From Octopus sinensis (lineage: Eukaryota), in NCBI RefSeq assembly GCF_006345805.1, contig NC_043006.1, positions 81,468,001 to 81,532,000 on the forward strand: a stretch of 64,000 nt of DNA, in the 5' to 3' direction. The notes under the pieces were generated by a model, which was given only the letters and a program-made list of their open reading frames with translations, ran no database searches and had not been told where the DNA came from. Shown here one piece after another: positions 26,668 through 38,350 of the stretch. The stretch's first letter is position 1; every line of letters begins with the position of its first letter. A program made the position numbers and the translations under genes.

Positions 26668-27180
26668 ATGCCCTGATTGGAAGTGTTATCATGTACATTG
26701 TTTTGCCTTGGTATAAAAGATGGGCTACAGTAAATATTCTGCTCAATACCACATATTTGCTTGTCAGTTGTTTGACCATAACCAGTTGATCATGTCCCTT
26801 AGTGGCTGATGATATGTGCATCTTTGATCCCGGGCAGAAGTAGTGGGGGAACATCATAGCCATGTGCTGAGAGGAATTCTTTAGGGTTTGGATAATTCAC
26901 CTTTGGAAACATGGGTGCTTTGTTGAATATCCTTAAACAACCCTTATTTAGGGACCTTTTGAGCAGGATGGGCTACTCAACCTGAAGAAAATTCTAACTG
27001 GGCATCATTTGCAAGGTCATGCGCTGTTTATCTTGATATGAGATCAGTATGACGCGCACATATGGCTGTAATGCATGTGCCTAGTGTACCCTTATTAGAC
27101 AGGTAGTCATGATGGGTATACTGGGCTTCGTACATTTTACCCGAGTATCACTTTGATAGCATGAACTGCTCTCTCACTCA
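26668..27180. mobile_element. Same element, copy 2 (small deletion between CTGA microhomologies)
   Basis: Collinear with 25696-26253. Followed by (TAA)n and preceded by a (TAA)(GAT)(GGT) tract. Confidence 0.75.
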
Positions 27181-27207
27181 GTAATAATAATAATAATTAT
27201 AATAATA

Positions 27208-27243
<36 letters not shown>

Positions 27244-27245
<2 letters not shown>

Positions 27246-28500
27246 CGATGGCAAGAAAAGCCTCTTCATGGCAAATACTAGACTAAACGAAATGCAAAAG
27301 AAATAGACAGAGAAAAATCCCAGCAATGGTTGAGAAGCTCAGTACTCAAAGCAGAGACGGAGGGAGTTTTAATTGTAGCACAAGATGAAAGCCTCCCCAC
27401 CAGAAATTACCAAAAACATATAATGAAAAGAAACATAACAAGTAACTGCAGAATATGTGGAGATGGACATATATGTGGAATTAGCCTACCACATAGCGGG
27501 ATTAAGAAATGTCTGGAAATGTATAAAATAGCACCTACTCAGCGAAACGTCTAGTCTGTAAATATGAGATCATAGAGAACACTGACTTTGAACAGCGATA
27601 ATGAATCTCTTAATGCTGGATATGTAAGAATTTCATGTGGCATTTTCTATCACCATCCCTCTTTTGTCAAGTCTTAATAGCTCTCTCGAAATTGCTCAAT
27701 GATGTACAATACAGTTATAAAATGTTCGATAAAAATATAAATCATCTCATTTACATGGATGATTTAAAGCTCTTAGCAGAAAATGACAAACAACTACAGG
27801 GCTTACTAGCGATTGTTAAACAATTCAGTGATACAATTTGGCCTCGATAAATGTGCAAAAGCTACCATTATCAAAGGAAAAATGACAGAAACATCCAATG
27901 TTAATTTTGACCAGCAGAACGTCATAAAGGATTTAGAACCAGCGGATAGCTATAAATACCTAGGGGTATTTGAAGGGGACGGAATCAAATATTCAGTGAT
28001 GAGGGAAAGGATCAGAAGAGAATGTTATCGCAGGGTGAGGGCAATACTCAAGACAGAGCTGAATACAAGAAACAGGATCGAAGCAATCAATGCATAAGCC
28101 ATACCAGTCGTGACTTCCAGTTTCAATATCGTTAACTGGTTAATTACTGAAATATCTAATCTTGACAGAAAAATACGAAAATTGTTGACAATCCATAGAA
28201 TGCACCACCCTTGGGCAGATATAGAACTACTTTACCTTCCAAGAAAAGAGGGTGGCCGTGGACTTTTACAACTGGAATTAACAATTAAAATTGCCTCAGC
28301 TGGCCTAGACATCTACCTGAAATCAATGCCTACCTAGAAGAAACTACTAGGCCAACATATTAAAGAACGGCAGTAGCCCAACATGTCGTGTATGTCAACA
28401 GCAAAATGTAACTATTGATTATGTTGTCTCCATGTGCAGTCTTCTTGCGCCTACAGAGTATCTCAACAGGCATGAAAGCGCAGCACAATATAATCACCGG
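27244..28500 (+). mobile_element. Dong/R4-clade non-LTR retrotransposon fragments (RT and CCHC region), scrambled
   Basis: INHLIYMDDLKL, FGLDKC, YKYLG, LYLPRKEGGRGL (RT); LKAETEG..AQD.SL.TRNY...CRIC and CRVC...IDYVVSMC...YLNRH (zinc-knuckle region). Abuts (TAA)n. Confidence 0.85.
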
Positions 28501-28569
28501 AAGGAAATGTGTGTATTTATATGTATGTTTGCATACATGTATGTTTATATATATATATATATGTATGTT

Positions 28570-28600
<31 letters not shown>

Positions 28601-28603
28601 TAT

Positions 28604-28677
<74 letters not shown>

Positions 28678-30326
28678 TATACGTATATATATATTTATAC
28701 GTATCACTCTATCACTATTTATCAGTATTTATGTGCGCATATATACACACCTGTTTGCGTTTGTGTGTACTCATTCAATTTCACAATTTCTTCAATCCCT
28801 GGACTGTTGCCAGTTTTAACCATTTCCATTTCCATCTAACCAAAGACAGTGGATGCTTTCGAAGTACATTTTGATACATTATATACTTGGACAAATGATT
28901 TCACTTCAACAATACAATGTTAGTTTAGAATTTGGGTTTAACAAGAACAGTTCCACAACTTTTCTTTAATATTCTACTTCAGATTTTATTTACTTACTAA
29001 AACGCTGTTCTAATATATTTATCAACTTTTGTTGGTTTATACTGAACTAAACTATACTATATTGACAAGATTCTATCGAATTTATTTGACACAAGTCTAA
29101 TTTGTAATTTTAATTCTCTTAACAGTCTGTTAAATATTACCACTCCTGTGTCAGATCAGTCAGTTTAATCCGATTCCTCTGGTGTTTGTGGCATAACACT
29201 TCCAGAGATAAGATCATGTCTGTCTACCTTGATCATATACATTACGCACATTGGGTCTCTACGGACAGCAATGTGAAACAGTGGCTATCTTACATTACTT
29301 GATAACTTAATTAATATCGCGTTTGGAATCATCCTGTTCCCTGGCTATGTTTGGCCTATGTCCAAAGTGAAGAGATTGGGTTTCTTACTGATATCTGTCA
29401 CACACTTTGAATTAACTCAGCAGATTCAGGAAGCTGATATTTCAGATTTTATTGTGGCCTATGACTTCATTAGTGGTAATGAGCCGTGTTTGTCAAATGT
29501 GATTTCTAGAAATATAATGTAACTACCACAGCCGAAATATAAATAACAATCTCAGACAGTTGATTTCTATGGTTATCATTAAGTTCGAAATAACTAAAAA
29601 TAAACTGCATCATTAATTTGTTCGCAGTCTTTAATCAAATCACTATGACCTCCACATCTTAGGTTAACTAGTAGAATGGAAAATGTTGGTCTCACAGGAG
29701 TAGAGTTGCCAATTCTATATCAATGAAATAATAGGCTTCTCTTGATCTTTACTGTTTGTCGCTCTCCCCCGAAAAGTCGTATATTTACGCATCATCCATC
29801 AATTTGTTCAGAGTTTATGTAAATTATGTAATCACGTAGATTACCTACAACACACACAAAGACAATGTTCTTCGCATGTAAATTTTGATCTCTTCTGTTA
29901 CCAGAGTGATTAAAATGCATTTGGGGAATTAATGTTACATCACACTTGATTATTTGATTATTATAAGATCTTATATGCATCACAATGGCAAAGTATACAA
30001 GGTGTTATAGTAGCCGCTGCTAATCCTTTTATCGCTCTTTTCTACGAGATCACATATTTTTGAAGCAAAATTTCAAAGAAAAATTAAAAGAAAAACATGG
30101 TATTTCATTCAAAGAAAGAAAAAGGATTACAATACAATGTAAGGAAAAAATGCAAGAAAACAAGAATTTTAGTTCTTCAGACCCAGAAAACTTATGCTTC
30201 TGAAACAGAGGAGAAGGAAAACAGAAATATCAGTAGATACTATCCTGCGCTCTGACTTCGAATTTACTCGTTACGCGTTTTAGTAATTAGTTTTAGCTCT
30301 GAAGTAGAACCCTTGTTTTTCACTGC

Positions 30327-30540
30327 TAGTAATCCCTCGACAATCGCGGGTGTTATGTTCCAAAAACCCCCATGATAGGTGGAAATCCGCGAAGTAGAAA
30401 CAGTACTGTACTGTATATTTTTTAAAAATTATTTTTATAATTTGTATATATATGTTTTATGCAAAAAATCACGGAAGAAACGACGTAAGCTTAAATAATA
30501 AACCGCGATAGGTGAACCGAATTATGGAGAGCGATGACTG
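30327..30540. mobile_element. pogo/Tigger-like MITE remnant
   Basis: Imperfect TIRs (T)AGTAATCCCTCGAC..CGCGG / ...GAGAGCGATGACTG and repeated subterminal GATAGGTG motifs. Confidence 0.55.
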
Positions 30541-30637
30541 CATATTGCAATTCTTATATCTGTTGTTACCGTTTCTCCTTTTTGTTACTATTCTTCTTAC
30601 TATCGTAATTGTGGTTGTGGTATGTAAATATTTTGGT

Positions 30638-30872
30638 ATAAGGCGGTGAGCTGGCAGAAACGTTAGCGCGCCGGACGAAATGCTTAGCGGTATTTCGTCT
30701 GCCGCTACGTTCTGAGTTCAAATTCCGCCGAGGTCGACTTTGCCTTTCATCCTTTCGGGGTCGATAAATTAAGTACCAGTTACGCACTGGGGTCGATGTA
30801 ATCGACTTAATACCTATGTCTGTCCTTGTTTGTTCCCTCTATGTTTAGCCCCTCGTGGGTAATAAAGAAATA
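30638..30872 (+). mobile_element. SINE family A
   Basis: 19-bp TSD GGTATGTAAATATTTTGGT at 30619-30637 and 30873-30891. Confidence 0.9.
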
Positions 30873-31925
30873 GGTATGTAAATATTTTGGTTGCTATTAT
30901 GTTCCATTAATTAAATTTATTTTGCGGTGGTCAAATCTTTTTCTTTACTAAACTGATATTTGGAACAAGATTCGAAATATCCTTACTACCAGGGCTGTAG
31001 AGGTTTAGTGAGATTACTTTAAGAATATAACCACAAAACAGGAACTTCGTTAAATTGCAGGTGTATTTTTGGTGTGTCGTCATTAGGTACTGAAATTAAC
31101 TAACATTAAACAAACCCGCTCTTTGTCAGTAAAATAGGAAAACTAATCAGACGCTTTAACCGCTAAAATTAGGCACCATATATATTCTGAAAACATTGAT
31201 GTTTTATTTTTTCTTCTTCTAAAGGGAAGCTATATTGTAGTCTTGAATAAGCTATGTCTGAAAAGATAGAAGTATTATGACTAAAATTGCTTTGGACATA
31301 GTCCCAGTGCTATCTTCACATTATAGATCCTAGGGATGTCTTAACATTATAAACCTTGAATGCATTGGACCCTTAGAGTATTTATTTATTGACGGGAAGC
31401 CACAGTTTGTATAGATAAGCCTTTAGCCTCCATATCTGTTGGGCTCCCGGGCAACTACTCAGTATGCCCCTGTTTTATCTACTCCGTGTTTCGAAGGTAG
31501 GGACAAGACGCGACTTCGTTAAAACAGTCTTTCCCGCAAAGCAAATTAAATAAAATTTGGGATGTTTTGCGGAGGGTTAAAGTGATAACAAAAACAGGAC
31601 AGTAAGAACAAAACAGTAAAAAACAAACGGTGAGGGTTGTTAAGCCAAGACGATGTGAAGTGATAAACGCTGGAAAAGCGAGCTTTGATAGGAGACAGAC
31701 AAGAGCACGTCTTGTCTTTAGGAAGGAAGTGGAAGAAAGAAAGATGGATAGCCGTTGGTTACGTGTGAGAAACGAGAGAGTCAAGAAGAAAGAGTGAGAG
31801 AGAGATGGAACAGTGAAGGACAGAGGAGACAAATAGGGAAAACAAGTGGATGTATTCCACTGAAACTAGGTAAATATAAGCCTTCGAACAGAGACGTCAG
31901 TGGCGACACCTGCGGGTCTAACTGC

Positions 31926-31967
31926 GCTACATTGACAAGGGGCAATACCCCGAAACGCGTCTGTAGC
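31926..31967 (+). ncRNA. Minimal type-I hammerhead ribozyme, U3-A8 core variant
   Basis: GCTACA-TTGACAA-GGGG CAATA CCCC-GAAAC GC GTC-TGTAGC: perfect 6-bp stem I, 4-bp stem II, palindromic stem III ACGCGT, and a GUC cleavage triplet ending at 31961. Confidence 0.7.
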
Positions 31968-32200
31968 TGTCGGACTGGCAGTGTGAAGCGGCTGAGCTCC
32001 CTTGTTCGAAGGTTATAATGGATACAGATCGTGTATCAATAGCTATCTTGATGGCGGTGGCCTCATGGAGCTGACCATGGCAGCGATTATTCTTATATCT
32101 ATAAGAATGCCATATTAATATGGCGATAACAATTAATTTCCAGTAAACGCTGCCATAATCTCTTTTATAGAGACTTAGTAATTTTAATATTTCTATTATA

Positions 32201-32235
<35 letters not shown>

Positions 32236-32247
<12 letters not shown>

Positions 32248-33558
32248 ATCTATATATATATGTACATTTATATAGATGTTTTGTGCATAAGCGAGCACTG
32301 GAGTCGATGTAATTTACTTTTACCTCTCCCTACTTCCCTAAAGGGCTGGCCTGTGCCAAAATCTGAAATCATTATTTTGTGTTTACATTGCCCGTATAAA
32401 CATTAGAGTTCATCATTTATGCATTCTATATTTGATCAAAGTTATAAAAGTGACGGTTCTAGCAGTATATCTAGTATATCTATTACAACTCAAGTACCCA
32501 GCAATAGCTTTACTCTGTTACCCTTTTTCACGTTTCAGTTATTTGAATGTGGCCATGTTGGAGCACCACTTTTAGTCGAGCAAATCGACTCCAGGACTTA
32601 TTCTTTGCAAGCCTAGTACTTATACTCTGTTCTCTCTTTTGCCGAACCGCTAAGTTTCGGGGATGTAAACACACCAGCATCAGTTGTCAAGCGATGGTGC
32701 TCGTTGTGGGGAATCAAACACAGACACAAAAAACACACGCACATGAATATAAATACATATATACGACGGGCTTCTTTCAGTTTCCGTCTACCAAATCCCC
32801 TCACAAGGCTTTGGTCGGCTGGAGGCTAAAGTAGAAGTCATTCGCCCAAGGTGCAACGTAGTGGGACTGAACTCAGAACCATGTGGTTGAGAGGCAAGCT
32901 TCTTAACACACAGCCACGCCTGTGCTTGTATATTATACCCAAGTAAGAACTGCAAGCCTTGTGAAATATGTTGATTTTTCAGACGGTTTTCACCGATACC
33001 TGTATCTCGTCATATTACAAATTTACTGAAAGGCGGATTCCAAAAATAGTTAAAGTTCTTGGACACAGATACCAAGCAGACAATGATGACGAAATGCGAA
33101 GCAGCAAATAATTTTCTTAATGAACAAAATACCTTATAAAGTGTGACGGTTGCAGCAAACTGCATCGTGTGAGTGGGTGTCTGTGGTGCAGTATACACAT
33201 ACACACGCACACACACACACATACACACATATATTCACCCACGTAGGAGGCAAAATAAAATGATGCCATTATGTGTGTGGACTCTTGAGCCACTAGTAAA
33301 AGCAACGAAACCCTCCTGCAATCACTAAGGAAACGTAAGACAATATATTCCAATACGTACTATGATTGAGGTAAAAATAAACCACAGGATCGATCAAAGC
33401 TGGTTTGGGGATAAAGAACAATATTACGTATATAAAGAATATAAAATCCTTTATGTATGTGCGTGTTTTTTTGTGTGTGAATTATTTATTTGTGTATGTG
33501 TGTGCATGTTGTATATATGTATATATATACATATATATACATACATATATATATATAC

Positions 33559-33601
<43 letters not shown>

Positions 33602-34920
33602 ATCTATATATATATGTACATTTATATAGATGTTTTGTGCATAAGCGAGCACTGGAGTCGATGTAATTTACTTTTACCTCTCCCTACTTCCCTAAAGGGC
33701 TGGCCCTGTGCCAAAATCTGAAATCATTATTTTGTGTTTACATTGCCCGTATAAACATTAGAGTTCATCATTTATGCATTCTATATTTGATCAAAGTTAT
33801 AAAAGTGACGGTTCTAGCAGTATATCTATTACAACTCAAGTACCCAGCAATAGCTTTACTCTGTTACCCTTTTTCACGTTTCAGTTATTTGAATGTGGCC
33901 ATGTTGGAGCACCACTTTTAGTCGAGCAAATCGACTCCAGGACTTATTCTTTGCAAGCCTAGTACTTATACTCTGTTCTCTCTTTTGCCGAACCGCTAAG
34001 TTTCGGGGATGTAAACACACCAGCATCAGTTGTCAAGCGATGGTGCTCGTTGTGGGGAATCAAACACAGACACAAAAAACACACGCACATGAATATAAAT
34101 ACATATATACGACGGGCTTCTTTCAGTTTCCGTCTACCAATCCCCTCACAAGGCTTTGGTCGGCTGGAGGCTAAAGTAGAAGTCATTCGCCCAAGGTGCA
34201 ACGTAGTGGGACTGAACTCAGAACCATGTGGTTGAGAGGCAAGCTTCTTAACACACAGCCACGCCTGTGCTTGTATATTATACCCAAGTAAGAACTGCAA
34301 GCCTTGTGAAATATGTTGATTTTTCAGACGGTTTTCACCGATACCTGTATCTCGTCATATTACAAATTTACTGAAAGGCGGATTCCAAAAATAGTTAAAG
34401 TTCTTGGACACAGATACCAAGCAGACAATGATGACGAAATGCGAAGCAGCAAATAATTTTCTTAATGAACAAAATACCTTATAAAGTGTGACGGTTGCAG
34501 CAAACTGCATCGTGTGAGTGGGTGTCTGTGGTGCAGTATACACATACACACGCACACACACACACATACACACATATATTCACCCACGTAGGAGGCAAAA
34601 TAAAATGATGCCATTATGTGTGTGGACTCTTGAGCCACTAGTAAAAGCAACGAAACCCTCCTGCAATCACTAAGGAAACGTAAGACAATATATTCCAATA
34701 CGTACTATGATTGAGGTAAAAATAAACCACAGGATCGATCAAAGCTGGTTTGGGGATAAAGAACAATATTACGTATATAAAGAATATAAAATCCTTTATG
34801 TATGTGCGTGTTTTTTTGTGTGTGAATTATTTATTTGTGTATGTGTGTGCATGTTGTATATATGTATATATATACATATATATACATACATATATATATA
34901 TACATAAATATATATATATA
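32236..34920 (+). repeat. Tandem duplication, period about 1350 bp, bounded by (TA)n; each unit has a minus-strand SINE B (about 32508-32925 and 33855-34270)
   Basis: Identical ORFs at 33010/34355 and 33117/34462. Differences seen are a 9-bp indel and single-base homopolymer indels. Confidence 0.9.
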
Positions 34921-35626
34921 TATATATTATATACATATATACATTTGTATGTGTGTTTGTGTGTATGTGTGTGTATATGCGTGTGTGTGTGTGTGTGCCT
35001 ATTGGTGTAAGTTAAAATAAACTGGATGCTTAAGAGTATGGTGTGAGGTAAGCGATGGAGAAAAAAGTCGAGTTATTGAGGGGGAAGTACAGAAGAAATT
35101 ATGAGACATTGAGAGAGAAAGGACGAAGAGGGCAAAGAATAGAGTAACTGCGATATGATCTGAAAAGCAACAATCGGTAACTGATTAACGAAAGAAGAAG
35201 AGAGATAGAGAGAAATAGATAGTGAAAGTAGGAGAGTCAGGCAGATAGACAGACAGACATACCCTGAAGATAGCTATTGTGATACTGTAATAGATAGCGT
35301 GGGATAGATAAGCGAAAAGAAAACCTTACAATGCAATGGAGGGTATATAGAAGTAGAGAAAGAGGGGAGAAAAAAAGAGAAGGAGAGAGGTATGGTTGAG
35401 AAAGAGTGTATGAAAGAGACAAGGAGAAGGAGAGAAAGAATAAAAGGAAGTGAAAGAGATGAGTAGCCGTGTGAAAGAAAAGTAATAACACGTGAGCGTG
35501 AGAGAGAGACAGACGCAAGCAGACAGGTAAGGAGAGAGGAAGAGAGAGATGGTGGCGGGAAGGTGAGAGAAAAGGCGATGCAGCAGTAGGAAGTGTATGA
35601 AAGAAGGATTATCACACACACGCACG

Positions 35627-35657
<31 letters not shown>

Positions 35658-35786
35658 AAATATGAGGATATAAAGACACATACTGACAGCATTGGGCTAG
35701 GGAGGAGGGAGAACGAAGGTAAAGTGAGAATGATCAAGAGAGAGAGGGAGAAACAATGAGATAATCTGACAGGAAGACAATGACGT

Positions 35787-35817
<31 letters not shown>

Positions 35818-36526
35818 AAACGTAGAAGAAAGACGGAGAGAGGAAGAAAGTGAGAGAGATTGTAATATAAAGAGTATAAGCGGTGAGTGAAGGTAGGGGG
35901 CGAGGAAGTTTGAACCAATGAAGTGATTAAGGTGAAAGACGAAGACAAACTCAGAGAAAAAGTGATTAGGAAAAGATTTTGAATCAAGCATAAACGACAA
36001 AAGAATTTTGTAAAAAAAGGTCGCAGGAGAAAACAAAGAAAAGAAGCGATGCTTATTATTTTGTTGTCTATTATTTTGTGGTTTATTATTTTGTGGCCCT
36101 TTCAAACTGTTTGTTTCCTTATATGGCTTCGGGGTTCAAACTCGTCGCCCAGCTCTTTGGAGTCATTTGGTTTGAGAAATTAGTTACAGACGGAAAATTG
36201 TGTGCAAGCCCGTCGTAGAGTCGATCTCTCTAGTGTATTTAACACCAGTACCAGGTGGCCTGGCCCGTTGGCACTATTTTAGCAGAGTCTTATCATCATC
36301 TGGTTGAGCTTGCCCTATTCGTCACGATCCCGCATAGTGTTCTAGAAGTCAGCAAAGACAATATCTTGTGTCCACACAAGATGAATTTTTCTCTCTTTCT
36401 TTTCTTTTCTTTTCTTTCCTTTTTTTTTTTTTTTTGGTGGATAGCTGACCCGTGTATAACCATATCAGTGTCCACAAAGAAATGTATCACAAATGACTTC
36501 TCACTTAACCTTTATCAGCAAACGCA

Positions 36527-36911
36527 GTGGAGGCGCAATGGCCTAGTGGTTAGGGCAGCGGACTCGCGGTCGGAGGATCGCGGTTTCGATTCCCAGACCG
36601 GGCGTTGTGTGTGTTTATTGAGCGAAAAACACCTAAAGCTCCACGAGGCTCCGGCAGGGGGGGGGGGTGGAGACCCCTGTTGTACTCTTTCGCTCCAGCT
36701 TTCTCTCACTCTTTCTTCCTATTGTTTTTCCCCCGACTTCCTACGCAACAGCTGAGCCTGGATGCGCATTCATCCATCCATCCGTCGATGCAATCGGTGT
36801 CCGGGGTTGACCTGCTTTCTCTTCTGCGGGTCTTACGAATAGCAAAGGATCACGTTTCAGACTTCTCCCACTGGGACGAAGACCGTTTCGCTCAACAAAC
36901 AAACAATTCGC
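36527..36911 (+). mobile_element. SINE family D, tail type 2
   Basis: 12-bp TSD TCAGCAAACGCA at 36515-36526 and 36912-36923; (CAAA)n-like end. Confidence 0.85.
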
Positions 36912-37247
36912 TCAGCAAACGCATATGTGTCGTGGCCATAATGCATATTCTTTTTCCTTTCTGACACAATTTATCAGAGACCGGGCCATACAATGAATCC
37001 ATTTCTAAAACTATAGGATATGATTTGCGAAAGGTTTAACTGCTATTTCTAGCAGATAAAAGCCCCTTTGTTAGTTTGTCATCCACCTGTTGTTATCCGG
37101 ACTTGGGACCGATTAAGGGGACGCAGAAAGAGAGAAGATATAAGTAGTGCGTCTCTCTGTTTTGCTCGCATTTCTTCCTTCCCCTCTTTTCCTTATCTCT
37201 CTCCTAGTTTTTTCTTTACTCCGCTTCGCCTCTCTCCCTCCCTCCTT

Positions 37248-37288
<41 letters not shown>

Positions 37289-37409
37289 TCAGTCTTCACT
37301 CTTACTCTCTTATGTGTCTCCTTCCCCTTTGCTCCTCCCGCATATCCCCTCTCTCTCCCTTCCTCCATCTATCAAAAATCTATCTACCTATCTATATATA
37401 ATCTCTGTA

Positions 37410-37805
37410 CAGAAGGCGGCGAGCTGGCAAGCGCGCCGGGCGAAATGCTTAGCCGTATTTCGTCTGCCGCTACATTGTGAGTTCAAATTCCGCCGAGGTC
37501 GACTTTGCCTTTCATCCTTTCGGGGTCGATAAATTAAGTACCAGTTACGAACTGGGGTCGATATAATCGACTTAATACCTATGTCTGTCCTTGTTTGTCC
37601 CCTCTATGTTTAGCCCCTTGTGGGTAATAAAGAAATAGGTATTTCGTCTGCTATTACGTTCTGAGTTCAAATTCCGCCGAGGTCGACTTTGCCTTTCATC
37701 CTTTCGGAGTCGATAAATTAAGTACCAGTTACGCACTGAGGTCGATATATCGACTTAATCCATTTGTCTGTCCTTGTTTGTCCCCTTGTTGGCAATAAAG
37801 AAATA
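37410..37805 (+). mobile_element. Dimeric SINE family A
   Basis: Same dimer junction AAAGAAATA|GGTATTTCGTCTG; TSD TATATATAATCTCTGTA. Confidence 0.9.
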
Positions 37806-38350
37806 TATATATAATCTCTGTATAGCAGCCATATACTGATTAAGCAGACATGTATTGAAAGCCCCTCCAGTATTAACCAGTTCACCCTTTTTTCACATAC
37901 AGTATTTAAAGGACTTTATGCAACAACATTCAAAATATATATTTAATTCATGCAGAACAATGAGAATCCAAATAATAAATGTATTTATTCATTCTAATAC
38001 GAACGCGAATTAATAATCACCGTTGTTTCCGTCATCGGAGAACATTTTTTTTTAGACGTTGAGTGTTCATAACACACGTGACGTACCGGAGTAAATAGAT
38101 TTCGAGGCATCGTTGTGCTTCGCCCTTTATATATCTCCGCTGTCAAGGCTGCTCTGTCGGAGCAATGAATCTCAAGGAAGCAAGGTGTCTCTTTTATAGG
38201 AATTAGCAATAGAATAGAAGTTCTTTGGCGAAGAATGAATAGATACGCTATTGTTTGCTTTCTGGTTCCTGTACAGAACCCAAGGAATTATTATCTCTTA
38301 GGTAGACATAATTTTATAGGCGTAGGTGTGACTGTGTGGTAAGTAGCTTG

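Noticed and set aside
26488-26863. Poly-His / poly-Gly ORFs
   Set aside because: A (GAT)n(GGT)n microsatellite read through into a repeat element.
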